Source of the DNA: Candidatus Woesearchaeota archaeon
Lineage (GTDB): Archaea > Nanobdellota > Nanobdellia > Pacearchaeales > GW2011-AR1
DNA length: 64,000 nt
NCBI GenBank assembly: GCA_964551115.1
Contig: CAZKBE010000001.1
Span: 866-64,865 of the forward strand
Reading direction: 5' to 3'
In this document: in pieces, positions 27,906 to 36,593 of the stretch
How the letters are laid out: each line of letters begins with the position of its first letter
How positions within the stretch are numbered: the stretch's first letter is position 1
Position numbers and translations under genes: made by a program
The notes under the pieces: model-generated
The model's input: the letters and a program-made list of their open reading frames with translations, nothing else
Databases searched by the model: none
Told to the model about the DNA's origin: nothing

Positions 27906-29390
27906 ATGGAAAACTTTAGAAAATTAGGAATATGCGAAGAAATTCTTAAGGTTTTGAGTGAATTAAAATTCGAAAAACCTTCTGAAATACAAGAAAAGTC
28001 AGTGCCTTTAGTGGTAGCTGGAAAAGATGTTATTGCTTGTGCTTCTACTGGAAGTGGTAAGACGTTAGCTTTTGGTTCAGGGATTGTTCAAAATGTTATC
28101 GCAGGAAAAGGTGTCCAAGCACTTGTTTTGACTCCTACAAGAGAATTGGCTCAGCAAGTTAAAGAGAACCTACAGGTTTTTTCAAGATATAAAAAATTAA
28201 ATGTATGTGAGGTTTATGGCGGGGTATCTTATAATCCTCAAGTGAGAGATATAAGAAACTCAGAAGTTGTAGTTGGTACTCCTGGAAGAATTTTAGATCA
28301 CTTGAATCAAAGAACTTTGGATTTAGGTAAGATTTCTATTCTGGTTTTAGATGAGGCGGATAGGATGCTTGATATGGGTTTTATAAAGGATATACGAAAA
28401 ATCATTTCTTATTGTAATAAAGTTAGGCAGACTCTTTTATTTTCAGCAACTATCAACTCAGAAATTTCTTCAATCTCTAGAGATTTTATGAATTCTCCTG
28501 TAGAAGTTGCTGCTGAGAAGAATGTTGATCCATCTAAACTTAAACAAATTTATTATGATGTTCCAGATTATGATAAATTTTCTCTTTTAACACATCTTGT
28601 TAAAAATGATAAATCTCAGTTAGTGATGGTTTTTTGTAATACTAAACGAAATGCAGATTTTATCGCCTATAATCTAAAGCATAATGGTATTAAGGCCCTA
28701 GCAATTCATGGCGGCCATTCTCAGAATAAGCGATCAGATACCATGGATCAATTTAAAGATATGAGTTTTCATGTACTTGTATGTACTGATGTTGCTGCAC
28801 GGGGTTTAGATATTAAGAATGTTTCTCATGTATATAATTATGATTCCCCTGCTGAAAGTTCTCAATATATCCATCGTATTGGAAGAACTGCAAGAGCAGG
28901 AAAAGAAGGAATTGCGATTACTATTTTGGGAAGTAGAGACTATGAGAACTTTACGCCTATAAAACGAGAACATCCAGAAATTGAATTGGGAGAATTACCT
29001 GTGTTTGAGAAAGCGATAATGGAAAGAAGAGATAGGATTACTGTTGGAAGAATTGATGGTAGGGGAAGTCGTGGAAGTTATTCCAGAGAAGGAAGTTCAA
29101 GAGGTCCTAGAAGAAGTTTTGGTTCAAGTTCCAGAAGTTTTGGAGGAAGATCACAAGATTCGGATTCAAGAGGATCAAGAGGGTTTGGCAGATCACGAGA
29201 TTCAGATAGGGATTCTTCAAGAGGTCCTAGAAGAAGTTTTGGTTCAAGTTCCAGAAGTTTTGGAGGCAGATCTGATGACCGATCAACTAGCAGGGGTTTT
29301 TCAAGAGATCGAGGGGATTCAGATTCACGTGATGATCAAAGAGATTCTAGAGCAAGTGGGTTAAGAAGACCTATAAGAAAGAGATATTGA
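27906..29390 (+). CDS. DEAD-box ATP-dependent RNA helicase with an RGG/SR-like repetitive C-terminal tail; start revised to Met90 of the ORF-track frame
   Basis: Q-motif region, ASTGSGKT (motif I), PTRELA (Ia), VLDEADRMLDMGF (II, DEAD), SAT (III), HRIGRTARAG (VI). The ORF-track N-terminus (27639..27905) overlaps argS and is non-coding-like, so the ATG at 27906 (MENFRKLGI) is preferred. Confidence 0.85.
   Translation: MENFRKLGICEEILKVLSELKFEKPSEIQEKSVPLVVAGKDVIACASTGSGKTLAFGSGIVQNVIAGKGVQALVLTPTRELAQQVKENLQVFSRYKKLNVCEVYGGVSYNPQVRDIRNSEVVVGTPGRILDHLNQRTLDLGKISILVLDEADRMLDMGFIKDIRKIISYCNKVRQTLLFSATINSEISSISRDFMNSPVEVAAEKNVDPSKLKQIYYDVPDYDKFSLLTHLVKNDKSQLVMVFCNTKRNADFIAYNLKHNGIKALAIHGGHSQNKRSDTMDQFKDMSFHVLVCTDVAARGLDIKNVSHVYNYDSPAESSQYIHRIGRTARAGKEGIAITILGSRDYENFTPIKREHPEIELGELPVFEKAIMERRDRITVGRIDGRGSRGSYSREGSSRGPRRSFGSSSRSFGGRSQDSDSRGSRGFGRSRDSDRDSSRGPRRSFGSSSRSFGGRSDDRSTSRGFSRDRGDSDSRDDQRDSRASGLRRPIRKRY
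29097..29266 (+). repeat. tandem duplication (~120-bp period) within the helicase C-terminal tail
   Basis: TCAAGAGGTCCTAGAAGAAGTTTTGGTTCAAGTTCCAGAAGTTTTGGAGG occurs at 29097..29146 and again at 29217..29266. It encodes SSRGPRRSFGSSSRSFGGRS twice. Confidence 0.8.
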
Positions 29391-29411
29391 GGTAATCTTT
29401 AAATTTGGATA

Positions 29412-29900
29412 TCATTTCTTTTGAATTTTGATCATATCGCTTAAACTTTCTTTTTTTGCTGAAATTATCTCTTTTGTTTTAGAATCTATTTTTATCTTTA
29501 ATAAGTCCATAGAAGCACTTAGACAGGTCAGATTCCACTCCTTTTCGGTTAGTACTCCTATTATCTTCCCGGTGCTATGTTGGATTTCTTTCTTTTTCTT
29601 TATTTCCTCAACTTCTGTCCAAAGATCTTCAAGATCGATAGTTATATCTTTTAGACTTTTTAACTCGGCATATTCTTTATTTTCTTCTTGAGAATAAAAA
29701 ATTTCTCCAAATGGACTTTCAGAATAAGCAACTTTTTTCTTAGATGGAATAAAAAAATCTAAGTTGATTTTATCTCCTTCTGTTTCTTCCTTATTCAATA
29801 TGCAAAATATTGCGCAGAGATATGCGTCAGGGTTATCTTTTTTAAATTCTTTAAAGAATTCTTTACTTTCTAGTCTTTTTAAAAAATCTATGGATTTCAT
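29412..29900 (-). CDS. hypothetical protein
   Basis: 162 aa ORF. No motifs recognised. Confidence 0.4.
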   Translation of the reverse strand: MKSIDFLKRLESKEFFKEFKKDNPDAYLCAIFCILNKEETEGDKINLDFFIPSKKKVAYSESPFGEIFYSQEENKEYAELKSLKDITIDLEDLWTEVEEIKKKKEIQHSTGKIIGVLTEKEWNLTCLSASMDLLKIKIDSKTKEIISAKKESLSDMIKIQKK

Positions 29901-29972
29901 AATCTAAATCCACAAATCTGATTAATAAATCTTATGGTAAACATTTAAAAACAAGGGCGTCCAGATATCTAT

Positions 29973-30362
29973 ATGGAAATATTTTCTTTGATAGGTATTA
30001 TTATCACTGTAATTCTCTTAGATTTCATTTGGTTAAATTTTGTTGCTCGAAAATTTTACTTAAAGGAATTTAAGACGGTTGGAAACATAAAGAATAATCA
30101 TTGGCAACCCAATTGGATTGCGGCATGTTTTGTTTATGTGGTAATCTCTTTAGGGATTTTTATCTTCGTAATGCCACGATCTAATAATCCTCTTAATGCG
30201 TTAATTTATGGAGCATTACTTGGAATATTAACTTATGGGCTCTATGACTTAACTAATAAAGCGACATTAAAGGGTTATTCTTGGAAATTGACGGTTGTTG
30301 ATTCTCTTTGGGGAGCAATTATCTACGGGGTTTCGAGTTTTATCGGAAAGCTATTAATTTAA
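29973..30362 (+). CDS. small integral membrane protein (DUF2177-like)
   Basis: 129 aa with 3-4 TM helices. Confidence 0.4.
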   Translation: MEIFSLIGIIITVILLDFIWLNFVARKFYLKEFKTVGNIKNNHWQPNWIAACFVYVVISLGIFIFVMPRSNNPLNALIYGALLGILTYGLYDLTNKATLKGYSWKLTVVDSLWGAIIYGVSSFIGKLLI

Positions 30363-30471
30363 TCTTTTATTCAACCTTTGTGGATTTATCCCCTACTCTT
30401 TTGTTTATTCCATCAAAACCCTTATAAAACCTGTTTGACTAGTCTGATTATCCTTTTGGATACTTTAAAAA

Positions 30472-31350
30472 ATGAAACACAAATTTACTATTACCTTTAT
30501 TCTTCTCGGGTTGTTTCTTTTAAGTCAGTTAATTGGTCTTTTTATAATCGATAGAGGGACTATTCCGGGTTTACTTAGCCAGAATAATGACTCCGATAGT
30601 CCTTTTGGAATGTTTTTTAGCATGCTTGTTTCTTTTATAATTGCGATTACTTTTTTCTTTTTCTTAATACGGTATAAGTGGATTTATTTTTTGAAGATTT
30701 GGTTTGGATTAGTTATATTAATTACCTTGGGAATTGTAATCAATTCTTTCTTTTTTATGAATGGGTATTTAGGTGATATTTACTTTTATTATTCTTTATT
30801 ATTAGCTCTTCCACTAGTCTTATTGAAAATTATCCGACCTTCTATTATTATTCATAATTTAACCGAGATTTTTATTTATGCAGGCTTAAGTCTGATTTTT
30901 GTGGATTTTTTAACTCCTACTACTGTAATTGTTTTATTAATCCTTATTTCTTTCTACGATATGTGGGCTGTTTGGCATTCAGGAGTAATGCAAAAAATGG
31001 CTAAGTTTCAGATGTCTGAAATGAAGATTTTTAATGGTTTTTTAATCCCTTATTTAACTAAGGAGTTGAGAGAGAAATTGAAGAAAAATCATGGTACTAA
31101 TAGGGTTAAGGTTCCTGTTGCTATGCTTGGTGGTGGAGACATTGCATTTACACTTATTCCTGCAGGAGTTTTTTTAAAGGCGTTTGGCTGGATTCCTGCA
31201 CTGCTTGTTGTATTTGGTGCATTTTTAGGATTATCTTATTTGTTATTTAGATCTGAAAAGAAAAAGTTTTATCCGGCTATGCCTTTTATAACCTTGGGAA
31301 TATTTTTTGGTATCCTTTTAGCTTTTTTTTCTGGTTTTCTAAACTTATGA
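30472..31350 (+). CDS. presenilin / signal-peptide-peptidase-like intramembrane aspartyl protease (A22 family)
   Basis: Polytopic. ISFYDMWAVW (YD), AMLGGGDIAF (GxGD), GWIPALLVVF (PAL) in the order expected for PSH/SPP. Confidence 0.6.
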   Translation: MKHKFTITFILLGLFLLSQLIGLFIIDRGTIPGLLSQNNDSDSPFGMFFSMLVSFIIAITFFFFLIRYKWIYFLKIWFGLVILITLGIVINSFFFMNGYLGDIYFYYSLLLALPLVLLKIIRPSIIIHNLTEIFIYAGLSLIFVDFLTPTTVIVLLILISFYDMWAVWHSGVMQKMAKFQMSEMKIFNGFLIPYLTKELREKLKKNHGTNRVKVPVAMLGGGDIAFTLIPAGVFLKAFGWIPALLVVFGAFLGLSYLLFRSEKKKFYPAMPFITLGIFFGILLAFFSGFLNL

Positions 31351-31423
31351 TTTGTAACTACCTAAAAAAGACAACTAGGCGAAAGATTTATAAAGGGTTT
31401 TATCTGTTTATAGTAATAACAAA

Positions 31424-31681
31424 ATGGTAGACCAAAACCCTAGAGTAACTCAATTAATCGAAATTTATAGTGGGATCTCCGTAACTGAAGTTCCTTCCCA
31501 AACAGTATACGATCTTTCTTCAAGAGATCTAAGTAGTTCTCCTTTTAATAACAATGTCATTTTAAGTCAATCTCAAGGGATTTATTTAGATCCTCAAGAA
31601 GATTTAGTAGACATTGTTTCGAATGATCCTGCATTATTAATTAAATCCCTAGAAATTAAATCCCTAGGTAATTCCGATTAA
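31424..31681 (+). CDS. small hypothetical protein immediately upstream of TrmB paralog 2
   Basis: 85 aa. Its stop is 1 nt before the TrmB start. Confidence 0.3.
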   Translation: MVDQNPRVTQLIEIYSGISVTEVPSQTVYDLSSRDLSSSPFNNNVILSQSQGIYLDPQEDLVDIVSNDPALLIKSLEIKSLGNSD

Positions 31682-31682
31682 G

Positions 31683-32468
31683 ATGGCTATAATAAAACCT
31701 GAGTTAATTAAAAGAATAAAGGATTATTTCGATTTAAATATTTATGAAACCAAGGTTTGGTTAGCTTTACTTTCTAAGGGTATTTCTTCTGCTGGAGAGA
31801 TAGCAGAGGCTTCTGGCGTTCCAAGGTCTAGAACTTATGACGTCTTAGAAGGACTTGAGAAAAGAGGATTTACTATTGAAAAGATTGGAAAACCTGTAAA
31901 GTACATTGCAGTAAAACCGTCTGTAATCATTGAAAAATTAAAGAATAACACTATGAAAAATGCGGAGGAAAAGGTTCAGGTTTTAGATAAACTTAGAGAG
32001 AGTAAAGAGTATGAAGAGATTCAAGAATTACATAATAGTGGTATGGAACCATTAAAGAATCAAAATATTTCTAGTTCTATTAAGGGTCGATCTAATTTGT
32101 ATAGTCAGATGAGAGATACAATGGAGTCTGCAGAAGATAGTATTCATTTAGCTACTTCTTCTTTTGAGTTGAATAATAAGGTTAGGATGTTTACTGAAGT
32201 TTTTGCAAAATTAAAAAAAAGAAATGTAGATATAAAAGTCATAATTCCAGAAGATGATACAGAAGCAAAAAAATTAGCTAAAAAATTTAATGTGCTAATA
32301 AAATCTAAGGAAGTTAATGGTAGATTTGTAATCGTTGATAGAAAGGAAATTTTGTTTACAATTAAATCCAGTTTAACACATGAAGATACAGATAATGCTT
32401 TTTGGATAAACTCCTCTTTTTTTACTAGTTCTTTAGCGTATATGTTTGAACTGGCTTGGAAAGATTAA
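31683..32468 (+). CDS. TrmB-family transcriptional regulator (paralog 2)
   Basis: IYETKVWLALLSKGISSAGEIAEASGVPRSRTYDVLEGLEKRGF, closely parallel to the 16452 paralog. Confidence 0.75.
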   Translation: MAIIKPELIKRIKDYFDLNIYETKVWLALLSKGISSAGEIAEASGVPRSRTYDVLEGLEKRGFTIEKIGKPVKYIAVKPSVIIEKLKNNTMKNAEEKVQVLDKLRESKEYEEIQELHNSGMEPLKNQNISSSIKGRSNLYSQMRDTMESAEDSIHLATSSFELNNKVRMFTEVFAKLKKRNVDIKVIIPEDDTEAKKLAKKFNVLIKSKEVNGRFVIVDRKEILFTIKSSLTHEDTDNAFWINSSFFTSSLAYMFELAWKD

Positions 32469-32469
32469 A

Positions 32470-32706
32470 ATGGATTCTTATACACTTGGATTCTATGATT
32501 CTAATCATCGAGAAGGATTTTGTTTATGGAAGGTAGACGGGTTTTTAAATAAAGTTAACTATGCCCGTGGTTTTATTTTGCAGAAAATTCCAAACTTTAG
32601 ATTATCTGAAGGACCAATAGAAATCGATTCACTTAGTTTACTTAAGTGCTTAAAAGCCCGTGAAGCCGGCTTAGTTAAAAAATTGGAAAATGAAAGAGAA
32701 AATTAA
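32470..32706 (+). CDS. small protein of unknown function (start moved to Met9 to avoid overlap with TrmB)
   Basis: ORF-track 32446..32706. The internal ATG at 32470 follows the TrmB stop directly. Confidence 0.3.
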   Translation: MDSYTLGFYDSNHREGFCLWKVDGFLNKVNYARGFILQKIPNFRLSEGPIEIDSLSLLKCLKAREAGLVKKLENEREN

Positions 32707-32995
32707 GATAAATATTGAAATACCAACCACTTTTGAAACTGGTGTAAGACAGTGTTCTAATTGTTTAGATAAAAAGATAAGTCAAGAAGTATCTGGGTCT
32801 CTTGGAAGGGTTTCTTTAGCTAATATGGTCGCAAATGTTGAATGTGCTTGTGGTTTAAACTATCCCGTAAGTTATTCTGTCCATTATGATCCTTCTGGAG
32901 AAAGAACAATGATACAGCTTCTTCCATTAGATGATGAAGTTAACGTTACCTTTGATGAATATTTTTTAAACAGAGAATTAACAGATGGGAATTGA
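32690..32995 (+). CDS. small Cys-containing protein of unknown function
   Basis: 101 aa. CSNC...ECAC possible metal site. Overlaps both neighbours (coupled). Confidence 0.3.
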   Translation: MKEKIKINIEIPTTFETGVRQCSNCLDKKISQEVSGSLGRVSLANMVANVECACGLNYPVSYSVHYDPSGERTMIQLLPLDDEVNVTFDEYFLNRELTDGN

Positions 32996-33248
32996 TAGTG
33001 ATCTTGCAAGGAGAATAACCTTAACCGAGGCTTATTTAGCATATGGGGAATTAATTCATTCTCATGCTCATTTCGTAAGTGAAATGTCAAAACAAAGAGT
33101 AATAGTACCTTCCGACTATTCTTTTGGTTTAAGAATATTTGCAGACGTTTTTAAAAGTCTTGGAGAAAAATATGATCTTCCAGGATTTAAAGTTCTTACA
33201 CGAGATATGGCTTCTTCAATAGAAGAAGAAGCAAGATTTTGGAGATAG
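32985..33248 (+). CDS. small protein of unknown function
   Basis: 87 aa. Start overlaps the upstream stop. Confidence 0.3.
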   Translation: MGIDSDLARRITLTEAYLAYGELIHSHAHFVSEMSKQRVIVPSDYSFGLRIFADVFKSLGEKYDLPGFKVLTRDMASSIEEEARFWR

Positions 33249-33252
33249 TATT

Positions 33253-34011
33253 TTATATAACTTGCAGTTTAACCAACCATCTCCACTTATTCGGAGCAAT
33301 ATCTCCTGCTTTTCTTATATACATAACCTTGAGTCTTTTATTGTTTACTTCTTCTAATACTTTTTCGTTTGTTCCAAAGCCATGATAAAATATTATTGTT
33401 CCTTTTTTAGAAAATTTAAGTGCAGAATTTATGAAAGACTCCTTTAGATTGGGCCTTGGCATGAAAATTATATCAAATTTTTCTTTTATGTTTATCTTTC
33501 TTGAATCCCCTTGTAATATTTTTACCTTATCTTCTACTTTGTTTAGAAGAATATTTTTTGTAGCATACTCGGAAGCCTTTTTATTTAGTTCTGAAGAATA
33601 AATATTTATATTCATTTTTTTTACCATCTTAGCTAAAACAATTGCATATGGTGCAACTCCGCCAAACATTATAAGTACTTTTGAATTATTTTTTAGGTGT
33701 TTTGAAGCATCTTCAGCAGTTATCTTTCTTTCATTTGAGAGTCTTGGGGAAAAATATGTTTCATCTACATTTAGAAAGAATTTACATTGATTTTCATTAT
33801 GTATCGTTTCTCTTTTATTTATTCCAGATAGAAATCTCGTCTCAAATTTTCTAAGAACTCCTCTAATGTCCGTTGTTTTTTCTAAAACTGTAACCATTTG
33901 TTTATGTTTTCTTAAGAAATTCCAGGCAAAGAATTTTTTATATATATAAGGATAATATCCATGAAATTTTACTATTGCAATGTCTCCAATTGTATCTATT
34001 GATTTTGTCAT
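33253..34011 (-). CDS. class I SAM-dependent tRNA methyltransferase of the Trm5/Taw2 (Met-10+) family
   Basis: N-terminal DTIGDIAIVKF. SAM-binding LIMFGGVAPYAI (cf. DMFAGVGPF). FMPRPNL (NLP/NPPY-like). Confidence 0.7.
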   Translation of the reverse strand: MTKSIDTIGDIAIVKFHGYYPYIYKKFFAWNFLRKHKQMVTVLEKTTDIRGVLRKFETRFLSGINKRETIHNENQCKFFLNVDETYFSPRLSNERKITAEDASKHLKNNSKVLIMFGGVAPYAIVLAKMVKKMNINIYSSELNKKASEYATKNILLNKVEDKVKILQGDSRKINIKEKFDIIFMPRPNLKESFINSALKFSKKGTIIFYHGFGTNEKVLEEVNNKRLKVMYIRKAGDIAPNKWRWLVKLQVI

Positions 34012-34091
34012 TTTTTCTTTAATTTCTTTATACTTTTAAATGTTGTCTATCTCATTAGGAAATTTTGTAGTTTATTAAACTTTGATGTTAG

Positions 34092-35120
34092 CTAAATAGA
34101 ATACGCTTCTTTATGCAGTTTATGTACTGTCTTATCTTCTCGTATGTGCTTTAATAGTTTATTAATCTCTTTAGCTACTGCATTTTTTAGATCCATGGGA
34201 TGTAATTTGTTATCTATAAAATCTTTTTCAATTTCGGAATAGGTAGAATATTCTTTATTTCCACCAAATTTTTCTGGACGCTCGATAATAAACTTTTCAT
34301 TTCTATCTGTTTTTAATACAAATATTAAGTATCTTAATAGTGCTAAAATTCCATTATCCGGATTACCTTCAACACATTCTGCTTTATTCACCTTTCTAAT
34401 AACCTCTGCTTCTTCTTCAAGTGTGTCTATTTTCGTTGAAGGTATACTTGAGCTCATTTTAGCCCCAACTAGCCCTCGAATCATAGGGTTCATTATCTCA
34501 ATTCTAGGTTTATAACCTATCTTTGGAAGATATTCTCTTGCATAAACCATTATTTTTCTTTGATCCACTCCCCCAAATTGCGCATCTACTTTTAAATATT
34601 CCTCGTCTAGTGCTTGCATCAATGGGTAGATTATGCCGGACATTTTAGGATTTTCACCCAATTTAACTACTTCTGCAGCAGCATGTTTAGCATCATTAAT
34701 TGAGGTATAGGTAGAAAGTTTTAGTAAATCATTAAAATACTTCTTGTCTAATTGTAATTCACTTCCTTTAATAAACTCTAATTTAGATATGTCTACGTTT
34801 ATTGTTTCTAAAATAAGTATTATAATCCTTTCATAATATTTGTATCTTTTTTCAAGAATGTTCCAGGGAACACTGTCTAATGCTGCATGTAAGTCTGCTA
34901 GCAATATTTTTACTTTTATTCCTGCTTTTAAAAAGTCTGCAATTTTCATCATTGGAAAAAAATAAGCAATGGAGATACTACCTGTAGGCATAGTGCCCCA
35001 GTATAATGAAATTTCTTTTTTTTCTTTAATCAGTTTTTTTAATTCTTCTTCACCAATTATCTCTTCTGTATTTCTCTTGATTAATTCAAATTTTTCTTGA
35101 GCACTTAGTTCTTTAGTCAT
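34092..35120 (-). CDS. tyrS: tyrosyl-tRNA synthetase, archaeal type, with a degenerate HIGH motif
   Basis: Aligns gaplessly with M. jannaschii TyrRS from memory: ELIKRNTEEIIGEEEL, ILLADLHA, FGGVDQRKI, KMSSS, ERPEKFGG, LHPMDLKNAVA. The HLGH position reads SIAY. Confidence 0.85.
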   Translation of the reverse strand: MTKELSAQEKFELIKRNTEEIIGEEELKKLIKEKKEISLYWGTMPTGSISIAYFFPMMKIADFLKAGIKVKILLADLHAALDSVPWNILEKRYKYYERIIILILETINVDISKLEFIKGSELQLDKKYFNDLLKLSTYTSINDAKHAAAEVVKLGENPKMSGIIYPLMQALDEEYLKVDAQFGGVDQRKIMVYAREYLPKIGYKPRIEIMNPMIRGLVGAKMSSSIPSTKIDTLEEEAEVIRKVNKAECVEGNPDNGILALLRYLIFVLKTDRNEKFIIERPEKFGGNKEYSTYSEIEKDFIDNKLHPMDLKNAVAKEINKLLKHIREDKTVHKLHKEAYSI

Positions 35121-35140
35121 GAAAGTTCTAAAAGGACTAC

Positions 35141-35575
35141 TTATTTAAATCTTTGGAAGTTATCTGCATAGAGTGTTGGTTTTAGAGTTCTAATTCTTTC
35201 TAATTGTTCTGAAGAAGGACCCATTCGGTAAACCATTTTACATTTAGGACACTGTTCAAACTGTTCTTTTAGATTAAGCGTTGAAAAAATATAGTAATAA
35301 ATAAATGAAGGCCCAAACTCTGCTCCTCCTAGAACAGAACTTCTAGACTCTGCAAAAACATCTTTCAACTGATTTCCATCATAAAAACAGTTATCTATAT
35401 GCCATTGACATTCTAAAATTGGTAGCTCTTTGTTCCAATTTATCCTCATTATCCGTCTTAGGTATTCTTGTGCTGGATTTTCTTTTGATCTGATTAGTTC
35501 TAACTCTTTAAAAATCTCTTTTTGTTTTTTATGTGCTTGATCCTTCCATTCTTTTATATTTTCAAGTGTGGGCAT
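35141..35575 (-). CDS. hypothetical protein with CxxC
   Basis: 144 aa. CPKC pair near the C-terminus. Confidence 0.4.
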   Translation of the reverse strand: MPTLENIKEWKDQAHKKQKEIFKELELIRSKENPAQEYLRRIMRINWNKELPILECQWHIDNCFYDGNQLKDVFAESRSSVLGGAEFGPSFIYYYIFSTLNLKEQFEQCPKCKMVYRMGPSSEQLERIRTLKPTLYADNFQRFK

Positions 35576-35676
35576 AGTACTTAGAAAGGATTATTATTTA
35601 AAAGGATTTATGTTATTAAAATAACTTTAAGAGTTCTTTTAATAAACTATTTAAATAGCTCAATTTTAAGATTTTT

Positions 35677-36591
35677 ATGGATCGGAAAAAGGTGGGACTT
35701 GCTTTAAGTGGTGGCGGGGCAAGAGGACTTGCACATATAGGCGTTTTAAAAGTCTTAGAGGAGAATAATATTCCCATAGACGTTATTTCTGGAACTAGTA
35801 TGGGGGCTTTTATAGGGGCTTTTTATGCTTCTAGAAAGAATATTAAAGTTGTTGAGGAAGAAATTCTTTCTATTGGTTGGAAAAATATATTCGACTATAC
35901 TATTCCTACGAAAGGACTTATTAGGGGAGATAAGATAGAATCTATTCTGACTCAAAAGTTAGGGCGATTAAAATTTAATGATTTAAAGATTCCTCTTTTG
36001 GTAACCTCTTATGACATCCGAAATGATCAGGAAGTAGTTTTTACGAAAGGAGACTTGATAAAATCCATAAGGGCTAGTATTTCTATTCCAGGTATTTTTG
36101 TTCCTGTTTCAAACAAACACCAAATATTGGTTGATGGTGGATTAGTAGATCCTGTGCCGACTGAGATTCTTAAGGATCGGGCAGATATAATTATTGCAGT
36201 AAATGTTAATAAAATTAAGAAAAGAAAGATTGTTCTTGGAGAAACTGCCCTTATTGAGAGAGATAAAGATATTCTTCCGAGCGTTTTTGAGTGTACTACT
36301 AAGGCATTACAAGTCTTAAGTTCTGAAGTAAGTGAACATGATCTTGTTGGTGAAGAGATAAGTCTGATTATTGATGTAGACTTGGGGGACAAGGGCGTAT
36401 TAGATTTTAGTAATCCAGAAAGTATAATAAAAAAAGGCGAAGAGGCCGCTAGAGCCATGTTGAAGAAGATAAAATCTGTATCAAAACCAAACTCATTTAA
36501 GAACTTTTTTATGAGTTTACAAGAAGGTTTAGAGAAAAACAATTTAGGTATTGGGAATATTTCTAAAACTATTGAAAAATTAGGAAACTAG
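35677..36591 (+). CDS. patatin-like phospholipase
   Basis: GLALSGGGARGLAHIGV (oxyanion) and GTSMGAF (GxSxG nucleophile). DGG region present. Confidence 0.8.
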   Translation: MDRKKVGLALSGGGARGLAHIGVLKVLEENNIPIDVISGTSMGAFIGAFYASRKNIKVVEEEILSIGWKNIFDYTIPTKGLIRGDKIESILTQKLGRLKFNDLKIPLLVTSYDIRNDQEVVFTKGDLIKSIRASISIPGIFVPVSNKHQILVDGGLVDPVPTEILKDRADIIIAVNVNKIKKRKIVLGETALIERDKDILPSVFECTTKALQVLSSEVSEHDLVGEEISLIIDVDLGDKGVLDFSNPESIIKKGEEAARAMLKKIKSVSKPNSFKNFFMSLQEGLEKNNLGIGNISKTIEKLGN

Positions 36592-36593
36592 AA

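Noticed and set aside
29044-29364. 106-aa + strand ORF in another frame (MEELMVGEVVEVIPEKEV...)
   Set aside because: It lies inside the helicase tail repeat in a different frame. Its periodic E/V/L pattern is simply the repeat read out of frame.
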